This document shows, in pieces, positions 11,449 to 24,495 of a DNA stretch of 64,000 nucleotides. The DNA is from Mobula hypostoma (Eukaryota): NCBI RefSeq assembly GCF_963921235.1, contig NC_086097.1, forward strand, positions 113,214,001 through 113,278,000, read 5' to 3'. Positions within the stretch are counted from its first letter, which is position 1, and each line of letters opens with the position of its first letter. Both the position numbers and the translations under genes were made by a program. A model generated the notes under the pieces. The model searched no databases, was not told where the DNA came from, and saw only the letters and a list, made by a program, of their open reading frames with translations.

Positions 11449-14130
11449 ACTACTCTTTTATACTGCTCGCTCATTGGAAGAAGATTTGAGGTTATGAAGA
11501 ACACAGCATGTACACCAGAGGTGGGAAGCTTCAACCTACAGCTCAAAAACATTGCTATGGACATCAAAAGCATGTCCAAAAGAACAAATTTGCTATACAG
11601 GATGTGGCTGATGGTCAAAAAACTAGCACAAGAGAAACCACCACTTGAGCTCATCTTCATTAGTGTCACATTACTGATTTGTAAAATAATCACCTTGTGG
11701 AGACAAAGTCACATTTGTAGACTATTGACCATATGATAGAGGAGCAGAATTAGTTCATTTGGCCTATCGAGTCTGCTCCACTACTCCATCATGGCTGATT
11801 TATTGTCCCTCTCAACCACATTCTCCTGCCTCCATCCCTTAATCTTTGGTGCCCATACTAATCGAGAACCTATCACCCTCTGTTTTAAATATACCCAAAG
11901 ACTTTGCTTCCATAGCCATCTATGGCAACTAATTTCACAGATTCACCACCCTGTGGTTGAAGAAATTCCTCCTCATCTCTGTTCCAAAGGGACATTCTTT
12001 AGGCTAAATGCAATTTCTTTTAAATTATACAGAACTATTGAATTACTCAAAAGGAAAAATGCAGATTTAACAGCTCAGAGCTGGATCTCCTTGAGGACTT
12101 GGGGGACATCTATAAAAGCAGAATTATTACTACACCACAGTATAATGTCGTGGCCCACTAGAGACATCCATGTCAGAAAATAACTCAACTTCTCCTAGTC
12201 ATCTAGAAAGTCATATCAGAAATGGCTGCAAACCCCAAACAGCCAACTTCAGGGTAAGGGTGCTAAACAACAAAAATTACATGCAACAGAGAGCAAATAA
12301 ATCCCTGGAACAAAAAAAAAATCACATCAAAGCTTTTCAGTCTTGATGTATCCTGCTATGAATGGGATCAACAATTGAGCAACTTCTTAGGGAAGGTGGA
12401 TCTATAACTATCCCCATCCTCTATCATAATACAATCCAACACATTTGGCTAAAGGGCAAAACTGAATTATTTGTTACCCCAAAAGATGTGCTGAAAAGAA
12501 AAAAATATCCATCTCAGATGACCCTTGAGTTCTTCATCATAGAAGATGATATCAACATCAGTAATTTCCATACCGTACAGATTTAGTTTATTGATTTAAA
12601 TTATATCTTCTTCATTAGAGCTGCGACCTAAATTATGTTTACAACAAACACAAAATGCTGGAGGAACTCAGCAAGTTACTCAGCATTTATAGGAGGAAAT
12701 AAACAGTCAAGATATTTCAGGCTTCTGAAATGTCAACTGTTATTTCCAACTGCAGGTGCTGCCTGACCTACTGAGTTCCTCCAACACTTTGTGTGCATTA
12801 CTCAAATTTTCCAGCACCTGCAGAATCTCTGTATCTCTAAATTTTGTTTACTTTGCACGGTGTGTAGTTGAATATTGACTACTTTAATTGGTTAATATAC
12901 ATTTGTTTAACAATAGCTCACAGGTATTTCAGTGTCATTAAATTGTTCAGAAATTACAAGTTAGATAAGTCTACCATCATTATTTTTACCTCCAGTATGA
13001 CGGGATGCTAGAAAGATGTTCAATGTGGTCTCAGTATTAAATAATCACTGGTGCAAAAAGCAATGTATCACTTACTGGATCGTAACAGCTTAGTATCAAT
13101 TAACAGAAAATAAATCCAGTTCAAATCTACAAAGGCCATGTTTATGTAAAAGATCACTGTTGTTCAGTGAACTGTCTTTTATTTTATATATGGGAAGAAG
13201 AGAAACCAAGTTAATAATTTATCAGCAATAACTCACCAACAAATCTGGCTCCTATTGTTCACTGCCAATGATGTTAAATTCAGTAATCAGGCTGTTTTAA
13301 GACTATTTCCTGTATTTATATTGTTATTATAGAGTTAACACCAATATTATCTAAAAACCCACATTCTCATTGCTTTCATCTGAGAAGAGAGGGCCATGCC
13401 AGAGAAACTTAGTGAAAATAAACTTCTGATCACATTCCAGTTAGGAGACAAATCTGACTGCAGTAACTATGGAAACCCTCCCTGCTGTCTGCCACAACAA
13501 AAGTCAATGCCAGGGTCCTCTTCAATTACCTCTTCCCAGGACCAAAGAGCTATTCCTTGAATCAAAATGTGGATTTTTCCACAGTAATCATGATCCTCAC
13601 CTATCCAACCTTTCCCTATAACTCATGTCCTCAAATTCTGGCAACATCCTTGTAAAATTTCTCTCTAGTCCTTCAATTTTATTGACACCTTTCCTGTAGG
13701 TGGATGGCCAAAACTACACACAATACTCCAAATTAGACCACACCAACATCTTACACAACTTCAACATAACATCCCAACTACTTTGAGTTATGAAGGTCGA
13801 CGTGACGAAAGCTCCCTCTACTACCCTATCTCCCTCTGACACCACTTTCAAGGAATCATGGATCTGTATTCCCAGATCTCTCTGTTCTACCACACTTTTC
13901 AATGCCGTATTTTTCAACATGCAAGTTCTATCCTGGCTTGTCCTCCCAAAATGCAACATCTCTCAATTTACAGGCATCCATTAGTCTCGTGAGACCATGG
14001 ATTTGCGCCTTGGAAGGTTTCCAGTGCGCAGGCCTGAGCAAGGTTGTATGGAAGATCAGCAGTTGCCCATGCTGCAAGTCTCCTATCTCCACGCCAGCAA
14101 TGTTGTCCAAGGGAAGGGTATTAGGACCCA

Positions 14131-14618
14131 ACACACATAAAAGTTGCTGGTGAACGCAGCAGGCCAGTCAGCATCTCGAGGAAGAGGTGCAGTCGACGTT
14201 TCAGGCCGAGACCCTTCGTCAGGACTAACTGAAGGAAGAGTGAGTAAGGGATTTGAAAGTTGGAGGGGGAGGGGGAAATCCAAAATGATAGGAGAAGACA
14301 GGAGGGGGAGGGATGGAGCCAAGAGCTGGACAGGTGATAGGCAAGAGGGATACGAGAGGATCATGGGACAGAAGCTCCGGGAAGAAAGACAGGGGCAGGG
14401 GGGGACCCAGAGGATGGGGAAGGGGTATATTCAGAGGGACAGAGGGAGAAAAAGGAGAGTGAGAGAAAGAATGTGTGTATAAAAATAAGTAACAGATGGG
14501 GTACGAGGGGGAGGTGGGGCATTAGACTTCTCTAACTTCCGCTAATGCCCCACCTCCCCCTCGTACCCCATGTGTGTTGCTTGAATTTCCAGCATCTGCA
14601 GAATTCCTGTTGTTTGCA
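14131..14618. mobile_element. Rearranged (partly inverted) Penelope pLTR insert
   Basis: Near-identical to 45172-45615. 13-bp target duplication GTATT(A/T)GGACCCA at 14118-14130 and 14619-14631. Confidence 0.88.
14190..14227 (-). ncRNA. Minimal type-I hammerhead ribozyme motif (intact core)
   Basis: Minus strand UAGUC-CUGACGA-AGGGUCUCGGCCU-GAA-ACGU-C-GACUG: stem I, CUGANGA core, stem II, GAAA, palindromic helix III and a GUC site. Confidence 0.75.
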
Positions 14619-17461
14619 GTATTTGGACCCATACGGCTTGGCACTGGTGTCGTCACAGAGCAATGTGTGGCGAAGTGCCTTGCTCAAGGACACAACATGC
14701 TAGGCTAAGGCTCGAACTAGCGACCTTCGGATCACTAGACAAACACCTTAACCACTTGGCCACGCGCCAACACAATAGCTTGCACTAAATTCCACCTGGC
14801 ATTTTTCAGCCCATTTTTCCAGATGATCCAGATCCCGCTGCAAGCTGTCCGCCTCACCACCAATCTAGGCGTCATCTGCGAATTTGCTTATCCAGTTAAC
14901 CACATTATCTTCCAGATCGTTGACATAGATGACAAACAACAATGCACCCAGCACCCATTACTGCGGCACTCCACTACCCACAGGCCTCCAGTCAGGCAAC
15001 CGCCTGCTACCCCCGTCTTCATCCGCGAAGCCAATGTCCAATCTAGTTCACTACCTCATCTTGAATGTCAGGTGACTCAACCTTCTTGACCAGCCTCCCT
15101 TGCAAGACTTTGTCAACTACATATCAACGACAGCCACTACTTCGTCTTCATCAACTTTCCCGGTAAATTCCTCCAAAAACTCTATAAGATTTATTGGACA
15201 CACAAAGCCATGCTGACTGTCCTCAAACAGTCTATGTCTATCCAAATGCTCATATATCCAGTCCCTTAGAATACCTTCCAATAACTTTCCCACTACTGAT
15301 GCAGGCTCACCGGCCTATAATTTCCTGGCTTATTCTTAGAGCCTTTCTTAAACAACAGAACAACATTAGCTTTCCTCCAATCCTCTGGCATGCCAACTGT
15401 GGCTAAGGATGTTTTAAATGCTAGGCCCCCTGCAATTTCTACACCAGCCTCCACAGGATCTGAGGGAGAACCTCGTCAGTCCCTGGGGATTTATCCATCG
15501 TAACTTGCCTCAAGATAGCAATCACCTCCTCCTCTGTAGTTTGTATAGTATAGGGTCCACAACCTCACTGTTGCTTTGCCTCACTTCTATAGACTCTGTG
15601 TCCATCTCACAACTGAATATAGATACAAAAATCCATTTAAGAACTTCCCATTTCTTTCAGCTCCATGCATAAATGACCAATTCTAGAGGATGAATTTTGT
15701 TTCTTGCTATCGTTTTACGTTTAATATATCTGAAGAAGCCCTCGGGATTCTCCAGAGAAACCTTATACCTTCTTTTAGCCTTCCTAATTTCCTTCTTAAG
15801 TGTTTTCTTGCATTTCTTGTAGTCCGCAAGTCCCTCCTTGCTCCTTTCCTTTACCTGCTGTGCGTCTTCTTTTTCTTAACCAGTGTTTCAATATCTCTCC
15901 AAGATAAACTTCCCTAAACCTGTTATCCTCGCCTTTTATTCTGACAGGAACATACTGCCAAAATTTCACTTTTGACAGCCTTCCATTTACCAAATATACC
16001 TTTGCTAGAAAACAGCCTGTCCCAATTCAGACTTGCCAGATCCTTTCTGATACCATCAAAATTGCTGTTTGTCCTTTTTAGAAACTCAACTCAACGACTA
16101 GACCTATCCTTCTTCATAGTTTTCTTGAAATAATGGCATTATGATCACTAGATGCAAAGTGTTCCCCGGTACAAACTTCTGTCACCTGCTCTGTCTCATT
16201 CCCTAAAGGAGATTTAGTATCACACTCTCTCTAGTTGGGACTTCTAACGTACTGATTATGGAAACTTTCCTGAATGCATTTGACAAACTCTATTCCATCC
16301 AGCCCTTTTACAGTGTTGGAGTCCCAGTCAATATGTAGAAAGTTAAAATTACCTTTTATCACATCCTTAGGTTTCTTGGAATAATCTGCGATTGCTCTAC
16401 AAATTTGCTTCTCTAAATCCCACGGACTGTTGGGTGGTCTGTAATGTAATCCCATTAATGTGGTTTTCACATTCATTTTCCTTTGATCCTCCCCTATAGC
16501 CTCACTAGACGAGCTCTCCAGTCTGTCCTGACTGAGCACTGCCGTGACATCTTCCCTGACTGGTAATGCTACCCTCCCCCTTTAATCCCTCCCATTCTAT
16601 CACGTCTAAAACAACAGACCTCAAACATTGAGCTGTCAGTCCTGTCCCTTCTGCAACCAAGTCTCACTAATGGCTACAGTGTCATATTTCTACATGCTGA
16701 TCGATGTGCTAAGCTCATCTGCCTTTCCAACAATATGCTTTGCATTGAAATATACACAGCTCAGAACATTAGTCCCACCGTCCTCAATCTTTCAATTCCT
16801 GACTTGTATGTAGGCTTATCATCTTTCCCCACAACCACTCCACTATCTGCTCTGGCACTCTGGTTCACATCTCCCTGCTACTCCAGTTTAAGCACCCCTC
16901 TGCAGCACTACCAAACATTCCCACGAGGATATTAGTCCCTGTCCAGTCACTACTAATGTTATTGCTGCAAAGTCATCCAGATCCATAGCACAGACATGCA
17001 ACAATATCATCCACCCTTCCCAAGCCTACGGTCCAAGAGACATGGCCATAACTACACTCAGTCAGCTCCCTAGTGTATGCCAAATCATATTTCCAAAACA
17101 GACACTTAATATCAATATTATAGCAAGAATTGGGTGGGTGGACAGAGAAAAAGATTCAGCAGTGTTCTAAGTACATGGACAAGTGTAACATCTCCATCAA
17201 CTGCTGGGAATCCATGGCCTGTAACTGTTGAAATTGAAGAAGAAACACTCCAGTTAGTACTGAGAAGCTCATGTCGAGGTAAAGAGCAAACAGAAACCCA
17301 GTGAAACCAACTCCCAAATTAACCAACACAACAAGTATCTTGTCTTACCTAAAGCAAACTGGAAAAGAAGCATGAGTCCTGATAAAGCAATGAGATGTAA
17401 GGAGACTGCCAGATTCACAATTTGAATTTATTGGAGCAAACTTTTACAAGTATTTTTTAAA

Positions 17462-17740
17462 TTATTATTTATTGAGATATAATACTGAATAGGCCCTTCC
17501 GGCCTTTCAAGGAACACAACCCAACGACCACCAATTTAACCTTGGCTGAATCACGGGACAATTTACAATAACCAATTAACCTACCAACCAGTAAGACTTT
17601 GGACTGTGGCGGGAAAGTGGAGCACCCAGAGGAAACCCAGGTTGTCACGTGGAGAATGTAAAACCTCCTTACAGGCAGCAGCAAGAATTGAACCCGGGTC
17701 ACTTGTACGGTAAAGCATTTTGCTAACACTACACTACCAT
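17462..17740 (-). mobile_element. HE1-like V-SINE
   Basis: tRNA-like head (GGTTCAATTC) plus V-domain GGGTTTCCTCTGGGTGCTCC..CCACAGTCCAAAG. Confidence 0.8.
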
Positions 17741-17815
17741 AACGTCAAGTTTATTGTCAAATGCACAAGTACATGTTTGCACAGGTGCAAAGTAAAGCAC
17801 ACTTGCAGCTTCATC

Positions 17816-19129
17816 CACAATACGCTGGAAGAACTCAGCAGGTCGGGCAGCATCCGTGGAAACGATGAGTCGACGTTTCGGGCCGGAACCCTTCATCAGG
17901 ACTGTAGAGGGAAGGGGCAAAGGCCCTATAAAGAAGGTGGGGGGAGGGTGGGAAGGAGAAGGCTGGTAGGTTCAGGTGAAAAACCAGTAAGGGGAAAGAT
18001 AAAGGGGTGGGGGAGGGGAAGCAGGGAGGTGATAGGCAGGAAAGGTGAAGAAGGAATAGGGGAAAGCACAATGGGTAGTAGAAGGAGGCGGAACCATGAG
18101 GGAGGTGATAGGCAGCTGGGGGAGGGGGCAGAGTGACATAGGGATAGAGGAAGAGAGGAGGAGGGAATTACCGGAAGTTGGAGAATTCTATGTTCATACC
18201 CAGGGGCTGGAGACTACCTAGACGGTATATGAGGTATTGCTCCTCCAACCTGAGTTTAGCCTCATCATAGCAGTAGAGGAGGCCATGTATAGACTTATCT
18301 GAATGGGGATGGGAAGCAGAGTTGAAGTAGGTGGCTACCGGGAGATCCTGTCTGTTGTGGCGGACAGAGCGGAGGTGCTTGACAAAGCGGTCCCCCCATC
18401 TGCGTCGGGTTTCACCGACGTAGAGGAGGCCGCACCAGGAGCACCGGATGCAATAGATGACCCCAACAGACTCACAAGTGAAGTGTTGCCTCACCTGGAA
18501 GGGCAGGTTGGGGGACCGCTTTGTCGAGCACCTCCGCTCCGTCCGCCACAACAGACAGGATTTCCCAGTAGCCACCCACTTCAACTCTACTTCCCATTCC
18601 TATTCAGGTATGTCCATACATTGCCTCCTCTACTGCCATGATGAGGCTAAACTCAGGTTGGAGGAGCAACATCTCATATACCGTCTAGGTAGTCTCCAGC
18701 CCCTTGGTATGAACAAAGAATTCTCCAACTTCCGGTAATTCCCTCCCCCTCCCTTCCTCTATCCTTATTTCACTCTGCCCCATCCCCCAGGTGCCTATCA
18801 CCTCCCTCATATTCCGCCTCCTTCTACTACCCTTTGTGTTTTCCCCTATTCCTTCTTCACCTTTCCTGCCTATCACCTCCCTGCTTTCCCTCCCCTACCC
18901 CTTTGTCTTTCCCCTTACTGGTTTTTCACCTGGAACCTACCAGCCTTCTCCTTCCCACCCTCCCCCACCTTCTTTATAGGGCCTCTACCCCTTCCCTCTA
19001 CAGTCCTGATGAAGGGTTCCGGCCCAAAATGTCGACTCATCGTTTCCACGGATGCTGCCTGACCTGCTGAGTTCCTCCAGCGTGTTGTGAGTGTCGCTTT
19101 GATCCCAGCATCTGCAGATTATTTTGTGT
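17816..19129. mobile_element. Penelope insertion of two inverted 3' fragments (GIY-YIG domain + pLTR)
   Basis: GIY-YIG peptide VIYCIRCSWCGLLYVGETRRRWGDRFVKH..RLEEQYLIYRLGSLQPLGMN on the minus strand, with its C-terminal part repeated on the plus strand. 13-bp duplication TTG(C/T)AGCTTCATC at 17803-17815 and 19130-19142. Confidence 0.92.
17868..17903 (-). ncRNA. Minimal type-I hammerhead ribozyme motif (intact core)
   Basis: Minus strand AGUC-CUGAUGA-AGGGUUCCGGCCC-GAA-ACGU-C-GACU. Confidence 0.78.
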
Positions 19130-19157
19130 TTGTAGCTTCATCGCAGGTATGTATATT

Positions 19158-19723
19158 CAGTGGCCACTTTATTAGGTACACCTGCACTCCTCTTTAACAC
19201 AAAAGAATCAGGCAATCATCTGGCAGCAAGTCAATGCACAAAGGCATGTAGACATGGTCAGGGATTTATTTATTGTTCAGAGCAAACATCAGAATGGGAA
19301 AGAAATGTGATGTGAGTAACATTAACTGTGGAATAATTGTTGGTGCCAGACAGGGTGGTTTGAGTATCTCAGAAATTGCTGATCCCCTTAGATTTTCACA
19401 CACAACAGGCTTTAGAGAGTTTACTGAGAACGGTACAAAAATAAAAAATAAAAACATGCCGTTGAGTGGCAGATCTGTGGGGAAAACACCTTGTTAAAGA
19501 GAGAGGTCAAAAGAGAATATCCAGACTGTTTCAAGCTGACAGGAAGGCAATAGTAACTCAAATAACCATGGGTGACAACAGTGGTGTACAGACGAGTGTC
19601 TCTGAATGGACAACACATTGAACCTTGAAGTAGACAGGCTATAGGAGCAGAAGACCACGAACATACATTCAGTGGCCACTTTATAAGGTACTGGACGTAC
19701 CTAATAAAGTGGCCATTGGGTGT
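19158..19723 (+). mobile_element. Non-autonomous Tc1-like element
   Basis: TIR-like CAGTGGCCACTTTTATTAGGTAC and GTACCTAATAAAGTGGCCATTG, with the HTH remnant GIIVGARQGGLSISEIAD. Related copies lie at 47377-47900(-) and near 9550-9640. Confidence 0.8.
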
Positions 19724-19943
19724 AGCAGCATATAAGCAGCATTCACAAGAAAAATATAAATATAATATACACAATTTTTACAAGAAAAATTCCAGAGACT
19801 AACTCAAACGATGGCTCCATTTTCTTTCAAATATCTTAAAAAGAATGATAAAAATTATGAGGAAAGCGGAGAGCTGTGTTACATGCCATTTTTCCCCCAC
19901 AGCGTCATGGGTGCAGATTGACTTCAATTGACAGGAGCATGTG

Positions 19944-20228
19944 GATGGCACAGTAGCATAATGGTTAGTGTAATCATTTTGCAGTGCCGGAAATCCCCAG
20001 TTGGGGTTCGATTCCTGCCACTGTCTAGAAGGGGTTTGAGCATTCTTCCTGTCACATGGGCTTTCTCCAGGTGTTCCAGTTTCCTCCCACGTTCCAAGGG
20101 AGCACAAGTTAGGGTTAGTGAGTCGTGGGCACTGGAAGCATGGTGAACACTTGCTGCTCCAAGCAGAATCCTCGGATTGTGTTGGTCATTGCACAAAACG
20201 ATGCATTTCACTGTACATTTCAGTGTTT
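19944..20228 (+). mobile_element. V-SINE (HE1-related)
   Basis: Head GGCACAGTAGCATAATGGTTAG..GGTTCGATTCC plus V-domain. Confidence 0.75.
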
Positions 20229-20499
20229 CAATTAATATTATTACATGACTTTAACTCTTCTGCAACCTTAGTTTGCTACAGCAGGTGTCAAATGTGCACT
20301 CTAGTTTTATGTAGAGCAGGTTGCAAGAGTGGTCAATTGATAACCCTTCCTAATCATGCCACAAATATGTGGATCATACTTTACTAATCTGGGCTTAATA
20401 CTAGGAAGAACTCCCCCATCTATGCTATCTGGAAACTACTTCTTTCACTTATTTTACATCTTTTTGTGTCAAATGTGGTTCTGCTACTGTTAGAACCTG

Positions 20500-21148
20500 T
20501 GATGGTGTGTTTTTCAGGCTGATTGAGCGACCTGGCACTTTGCTGTCTCCGAGGGTGTTTCAAGCAAAGCTTGCAGCTTCGAGGCAAAGAAGCTGGAGAA
20601 GGGGACCGAGCCCAGGATCGATGCCATTTCTTGTTGATCTTGCCGATTAAAGTGTCAAGGAAGATTGAAATCATCGAGGCGTGTGGATGACAAGCAAGTG
20701 TTCAGCGCCGAATACCAGCCTCTCACTGACTGCTGCCAAAGGAAGGTGCCTGCGTGTGACAGTCTCTCTCCTCGGTTCTGGAGTCCTGGGTCATGGTCAA
20801 AGTTTAATCCAAACACTTTGTGGACTGGCCTCTGTATTTCACTTTATGATGTGTTTTTGGTCACTCCTTTTTTTGTTGCTATTTTGTGCAACTTTGAGTC
20901 GGGACAACCTGTAAACAGCACTGAGCTGAACTGAGTATGCCTGGACTCTTTTAATTTCACATTTTGCATTTTTTGCTCTTTTTTGTTACCATTTATGTGT
21001 TTTGTGTTGTTTGCGTGTGGGGGGTGTTGATATTTTTCTTTGAACAGGTTCCATGGTTTTCTTTGTTTCATGGCTGTCTGTGGGCAAGAAGAATCTCAGG
21101 GTTGTATACTGCATACATACTTTGATAATAAATGTACTTTGAACTTTG
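20500..21148 (+). mobile_element. Non-coding retroposon with a Rex-type 3' tail
   Basis: Ends GATAATAAATGTACTTTGAACTTTGA. Its 3' part matches 5420-5641. The 5' boundary is approximate. Confidence 0.6.
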
Positions 21149-21284
21149 ATTTAGATTATTAATGATTTATATATTCCAGTAGTATTTTGTGCATGTTGAT
21201 TGAGATTTCCAGTATCTGCAGAACCTCTGCAGAGTCAGACTTTTCCCTTTGGCACGAAAGAGGATGGGAGCTGACTTGACACAG

Positions 21285-21630
21285 GTGTACACGATGATGA
21301 GGCGTGGATAGAGTAAATAGCCAGAGACTCTTCTCAGAGTGGAAATGGCTAACACCAGGGGGTATCATTTTAAGGGGTCTGGAGGAAAGTATAGAGAGGA
21401 TGCCAGAAGTGTGTTTTTCACACAGAGATTAGTGAGTGTATGGAATGCCCTACCTAGTGTGATGGTAGTGGTCGATCCATTTGAGGCACTTAGAAACTTA
21501 GATAGGCAAATGGATATTAGAAAAAATGGAGGGCTAAGTGGAAGGGAAGAGTTAGGTTGATCTTAGAGTAGGTTATATGGTCGGCACAACATCATGGGCT
21601 GAAGGCTGTAATGGGTTGTTCTATGCTATT
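21285..21630 (+). mobile_element. CR1 3' fragment
   Basis: Peptide FFTQRLVSVWNALP plus a CR1 tail. Confidence 0.8.
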
Positions 21631-22796
21631 TTGGAACATGCAGATCACTGTTTTTTTAATTTAACTGGGAATCTTTAAGTTCAAGATAACTACGTGGAGT
21701 GACTGCGTTCCATTCATGGTCTGTCCTCCCTTTCTAGAGCTAATGGAAGCAGAATTAGCCACAGTCAGTCAGCTGCCATTCATTACAAATGAATATCATT
21801 ATTTTCTTCAACAGAGTTGAAAATGTGTGTGTAATAGTTGCCTGGACAATGACCCTGCCAGGACAGAGTAACGAGCAGCACTGTGTTAGCTGCAAGGTGC
21901 TGTGTAATTATTGACATTGTGGTAGGTCTGTGAATACTAGTAAATGGCTGAATACATGAACTTTAGATCAAATTCAGGACTGACAGGTTGTTGCTCAGTA
22001 ACCTTTGTGGGTGTGTAGCAAAAAGCAATATGTCAGTTGTTGGGAGGTGGGATTGCTTGACATATTCACTGCCTTTCACCTGACCTTGGATACATCCCTG
22101 CCCTTGCACTGAACTTTACAGAGACCCTTTACCACTCATATCTTAATTAACTTGAATGGTCTCCAATGTTTCAAGTATCAACGATCTCCTCTACTACTTT
22201 TAACCAAGGTATCCAAACTCCCATCTGAAATCATGAGCCTTTTCCCCGCCCTCCTCTGCTACAGCTTGCAAGAATGTCCCAGGGAGAGGTTGGACCTAAT
22301 GAGCATTCCCCCTTAGAGGGATGCGGCCATGGCCGGAGTCCACCATCTGTGATGCATATTCAATTTCCAGGGTCCAAGAGGCTTATTGCTAACCTCAGCT
22401 TTCTATTTCAGGAGTATGACCTTTCCAAAGGGTCAGAGTTGTTTCTTTTAAAGTTAAGCTTCTAACCAATATTATTCTTTGCTTAACTACTTCTTGTAAA
22501 CAAGAACCAGTCTTCAGTTTTTAATGTAAATTGCAAGTAGTAACATATTTGAAGTTAAAAGGACAACTGGGCTGGTTGTTAAAGAGATGTAGTTCACGGA
22601 GTGAAGAGACCATTATAATTCTTGTCTGCATTAGCCAAACACAAGACAATTGTGTTAATTGTCCTACATTAAACCAGGCAACCACAGCTAAATTATTTGC
22701 CCCATTGTCCTCAGAAGCTTTGAGACAATCTGTGTAAATTACTTTGTCCAACAAAGGTATTTGGAAAACTTTACATGCAGATGATGTCATTGAGTA

Positions 22797-24495
22797 CCTC
22801 AATGAATACTTCTCTTCGGTATTCACCATGAGAGGGAACTTGATGATGGTGAGGACAATATGAGTGAGGTTGATGTTCTGGAGCATGCTGATGTTAAGGG
22901 AGAGGAGGTGTTGGAGTTGTTAAAATACATTAGGACAGATAAGTCCCCGGGGCCTGACGGAATATTCCCCAGGCTGCTCCACGAGGTGAGAGAAGAGATT
23001 GCTGAGCCTCTGGCTAGAAGCTTTATGTCCTCGTTGTCCACGGGAATGGTACCGGAGGATTGGAGAGAGGCGAATGTTGTTTCCTTGTTCAAAAAAGGTA
23101 GTAGGGATAGTCCAGGTAATTATAGACCAGTGAGCCTTACGTCTGTGGTGGGAAAGCTGTTGGAAAAGATTCTTAGAGATAGGATCTATAGGCATTTAGA
23201 GAATCATCGTCTGATCAGGGACAGTCAGCATGGCTTTGTGAAGGGCAGATCGTGTCTAACAAGCCTGATAGAGTTCTTTGAGGAGGTGACCAGGCATATA
23301 GATGAGGGTAGTGCAGCGGATGTGATCTATATGGATTTTAGTAAGGCATTTGACAAGGTTCCACACGGTAGGCTTATTCAGAAAGTTAGAAGGCATGGGA
23401 TCCAGGGAAGTTTGGCCAGGTAGATTCAGAATTGGCTTGCCTGCAGAAGGCAGAGGGTGGTGGTGGAGGGAGTACATTCAGACTGGAGGATTGTGACTAG
23501 TGGTGTCCCACAAGGATTTGTTCTGGAACCTCTACTTTTCGTGATTTTTATTAACGACCTGGATGTGAGGGTAGAAGAGTGGGTTGGCAAGTTTTCAGAC
23601 AACACAAAGGTTGGTGGTGTTGTAGATAGTGTAGAGGATTGTCAAAGATTGCAGAGAGACATTGATAGGATGCAGAAGTGGGCTGAGAAGTGGCAGATGG
23701 GGTTCAACCCGGAGAAGTGTGAGGTGGTACACTTTGGAAGGACAAACTCCAAGGCAGAGTAAAGTAAATGGCAGGATACTTGGTAGTGTGGAGGAGCAGA
23801 GGGATCTCGGGGTACATGTCCACAGATCCCTGAAAGTTGCCTCACTGGTGGATAGGGTAGTTAAGAAAGCTTATGGGGTGTTAGCTTTCATAAGTCGAGG
23901 GATAGAGTTTAAGAGTCGCGATGTAATGATGCAGCTCTATAAAACTCTGGTTAGGCCACACTTGGAGTATTGTGTCCAGTTCTGGTCACCTCACTATAGG
24001 AAGGATGTGGAAGCATTGGAAAGGGTACAGAGGAGATTTACCAGGATGTTGCCTGGTTTAGAAAGTATGCATAATGATCAGAGATTAAGGGAGCTGGGGC
24101 TTTACCCTTTGGAGAGAAGGAGGATGAGAGGAGACATGATAGAGGTGTACAAGATAATAAGAGGAATAGATAGAGTGGATAGCCAGCGCTTCTTCCCCAG
24201 GGCACCACTGCTCAATACAAGAAGACATGGCTTTAAGGTAAGGGGTGGGAAGTTCAAGGGGGATATTAGAGGAAGGTTTTTTACTCAGAGAGTGGTTGGT
24301 GCATGGAATGCACTGCCTGAGTCAGTGGTGGAGGCAGATACACTCGTGAAGTTTAAGAGACTACTTGACAGGTATATGGAGGAATCTAAGGTGGGGGCTT
24401 AAATGGGAGACAGGGTTTGAGGGTCGGCACAACATTGTGGGCCGAAGGTCCTGTACTGTGCTGTACTATTCTATGTTCTATGTTCTATGTTCTAT
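22797..24495 (+). mobile_element. 5'-truncated CR1 LINE (RT to 3' end)
   Basis: Motifs KSPGPDGI, NYRPVSLTS, MDFSKAFDKVPH and GVPQG, ending in a (TTCTATG)n tail. Confidence 0.95.

Larger units (their letters stand above)
13972..14772 (-). mobile_element. tRNA-derived SINE, full length, interrupted by a Penelope insert
   Basis: Minus-strand head GGCGCGTGGCCAAGTGGTTAAGG (A box) ... GTTCGAGCC (B box), followed by GTGTCCTTGAGCAAGGCACTT. Confidence 0.85.
13600..16945 (-). mobile_element. Decayed CR1 LINE ORF2 hosting a SINE and a Penelope insert
   Basis: Minus-strand peptides YRPPNS, GNFNF..IDWD and HFGRTSQ..EQRDLG. Confidence 0.85.

Noticed and set aside
13237..13309. Minus-strand exon ending at gtgagt
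   Set aside because: All three frames contain stops from either nearby acceptor.
14700..14772. tRNA gene on the minus strand
   Set aside because: The A and B boxes are the head of a SINE whose body continues downstream and recurs at 7806.
21815..21921. Plus-strand exon (ttcttcaacag ... gtaggt)
   Set aside because: The best frame stops before the donor, and no partner plus-strand exons were found.
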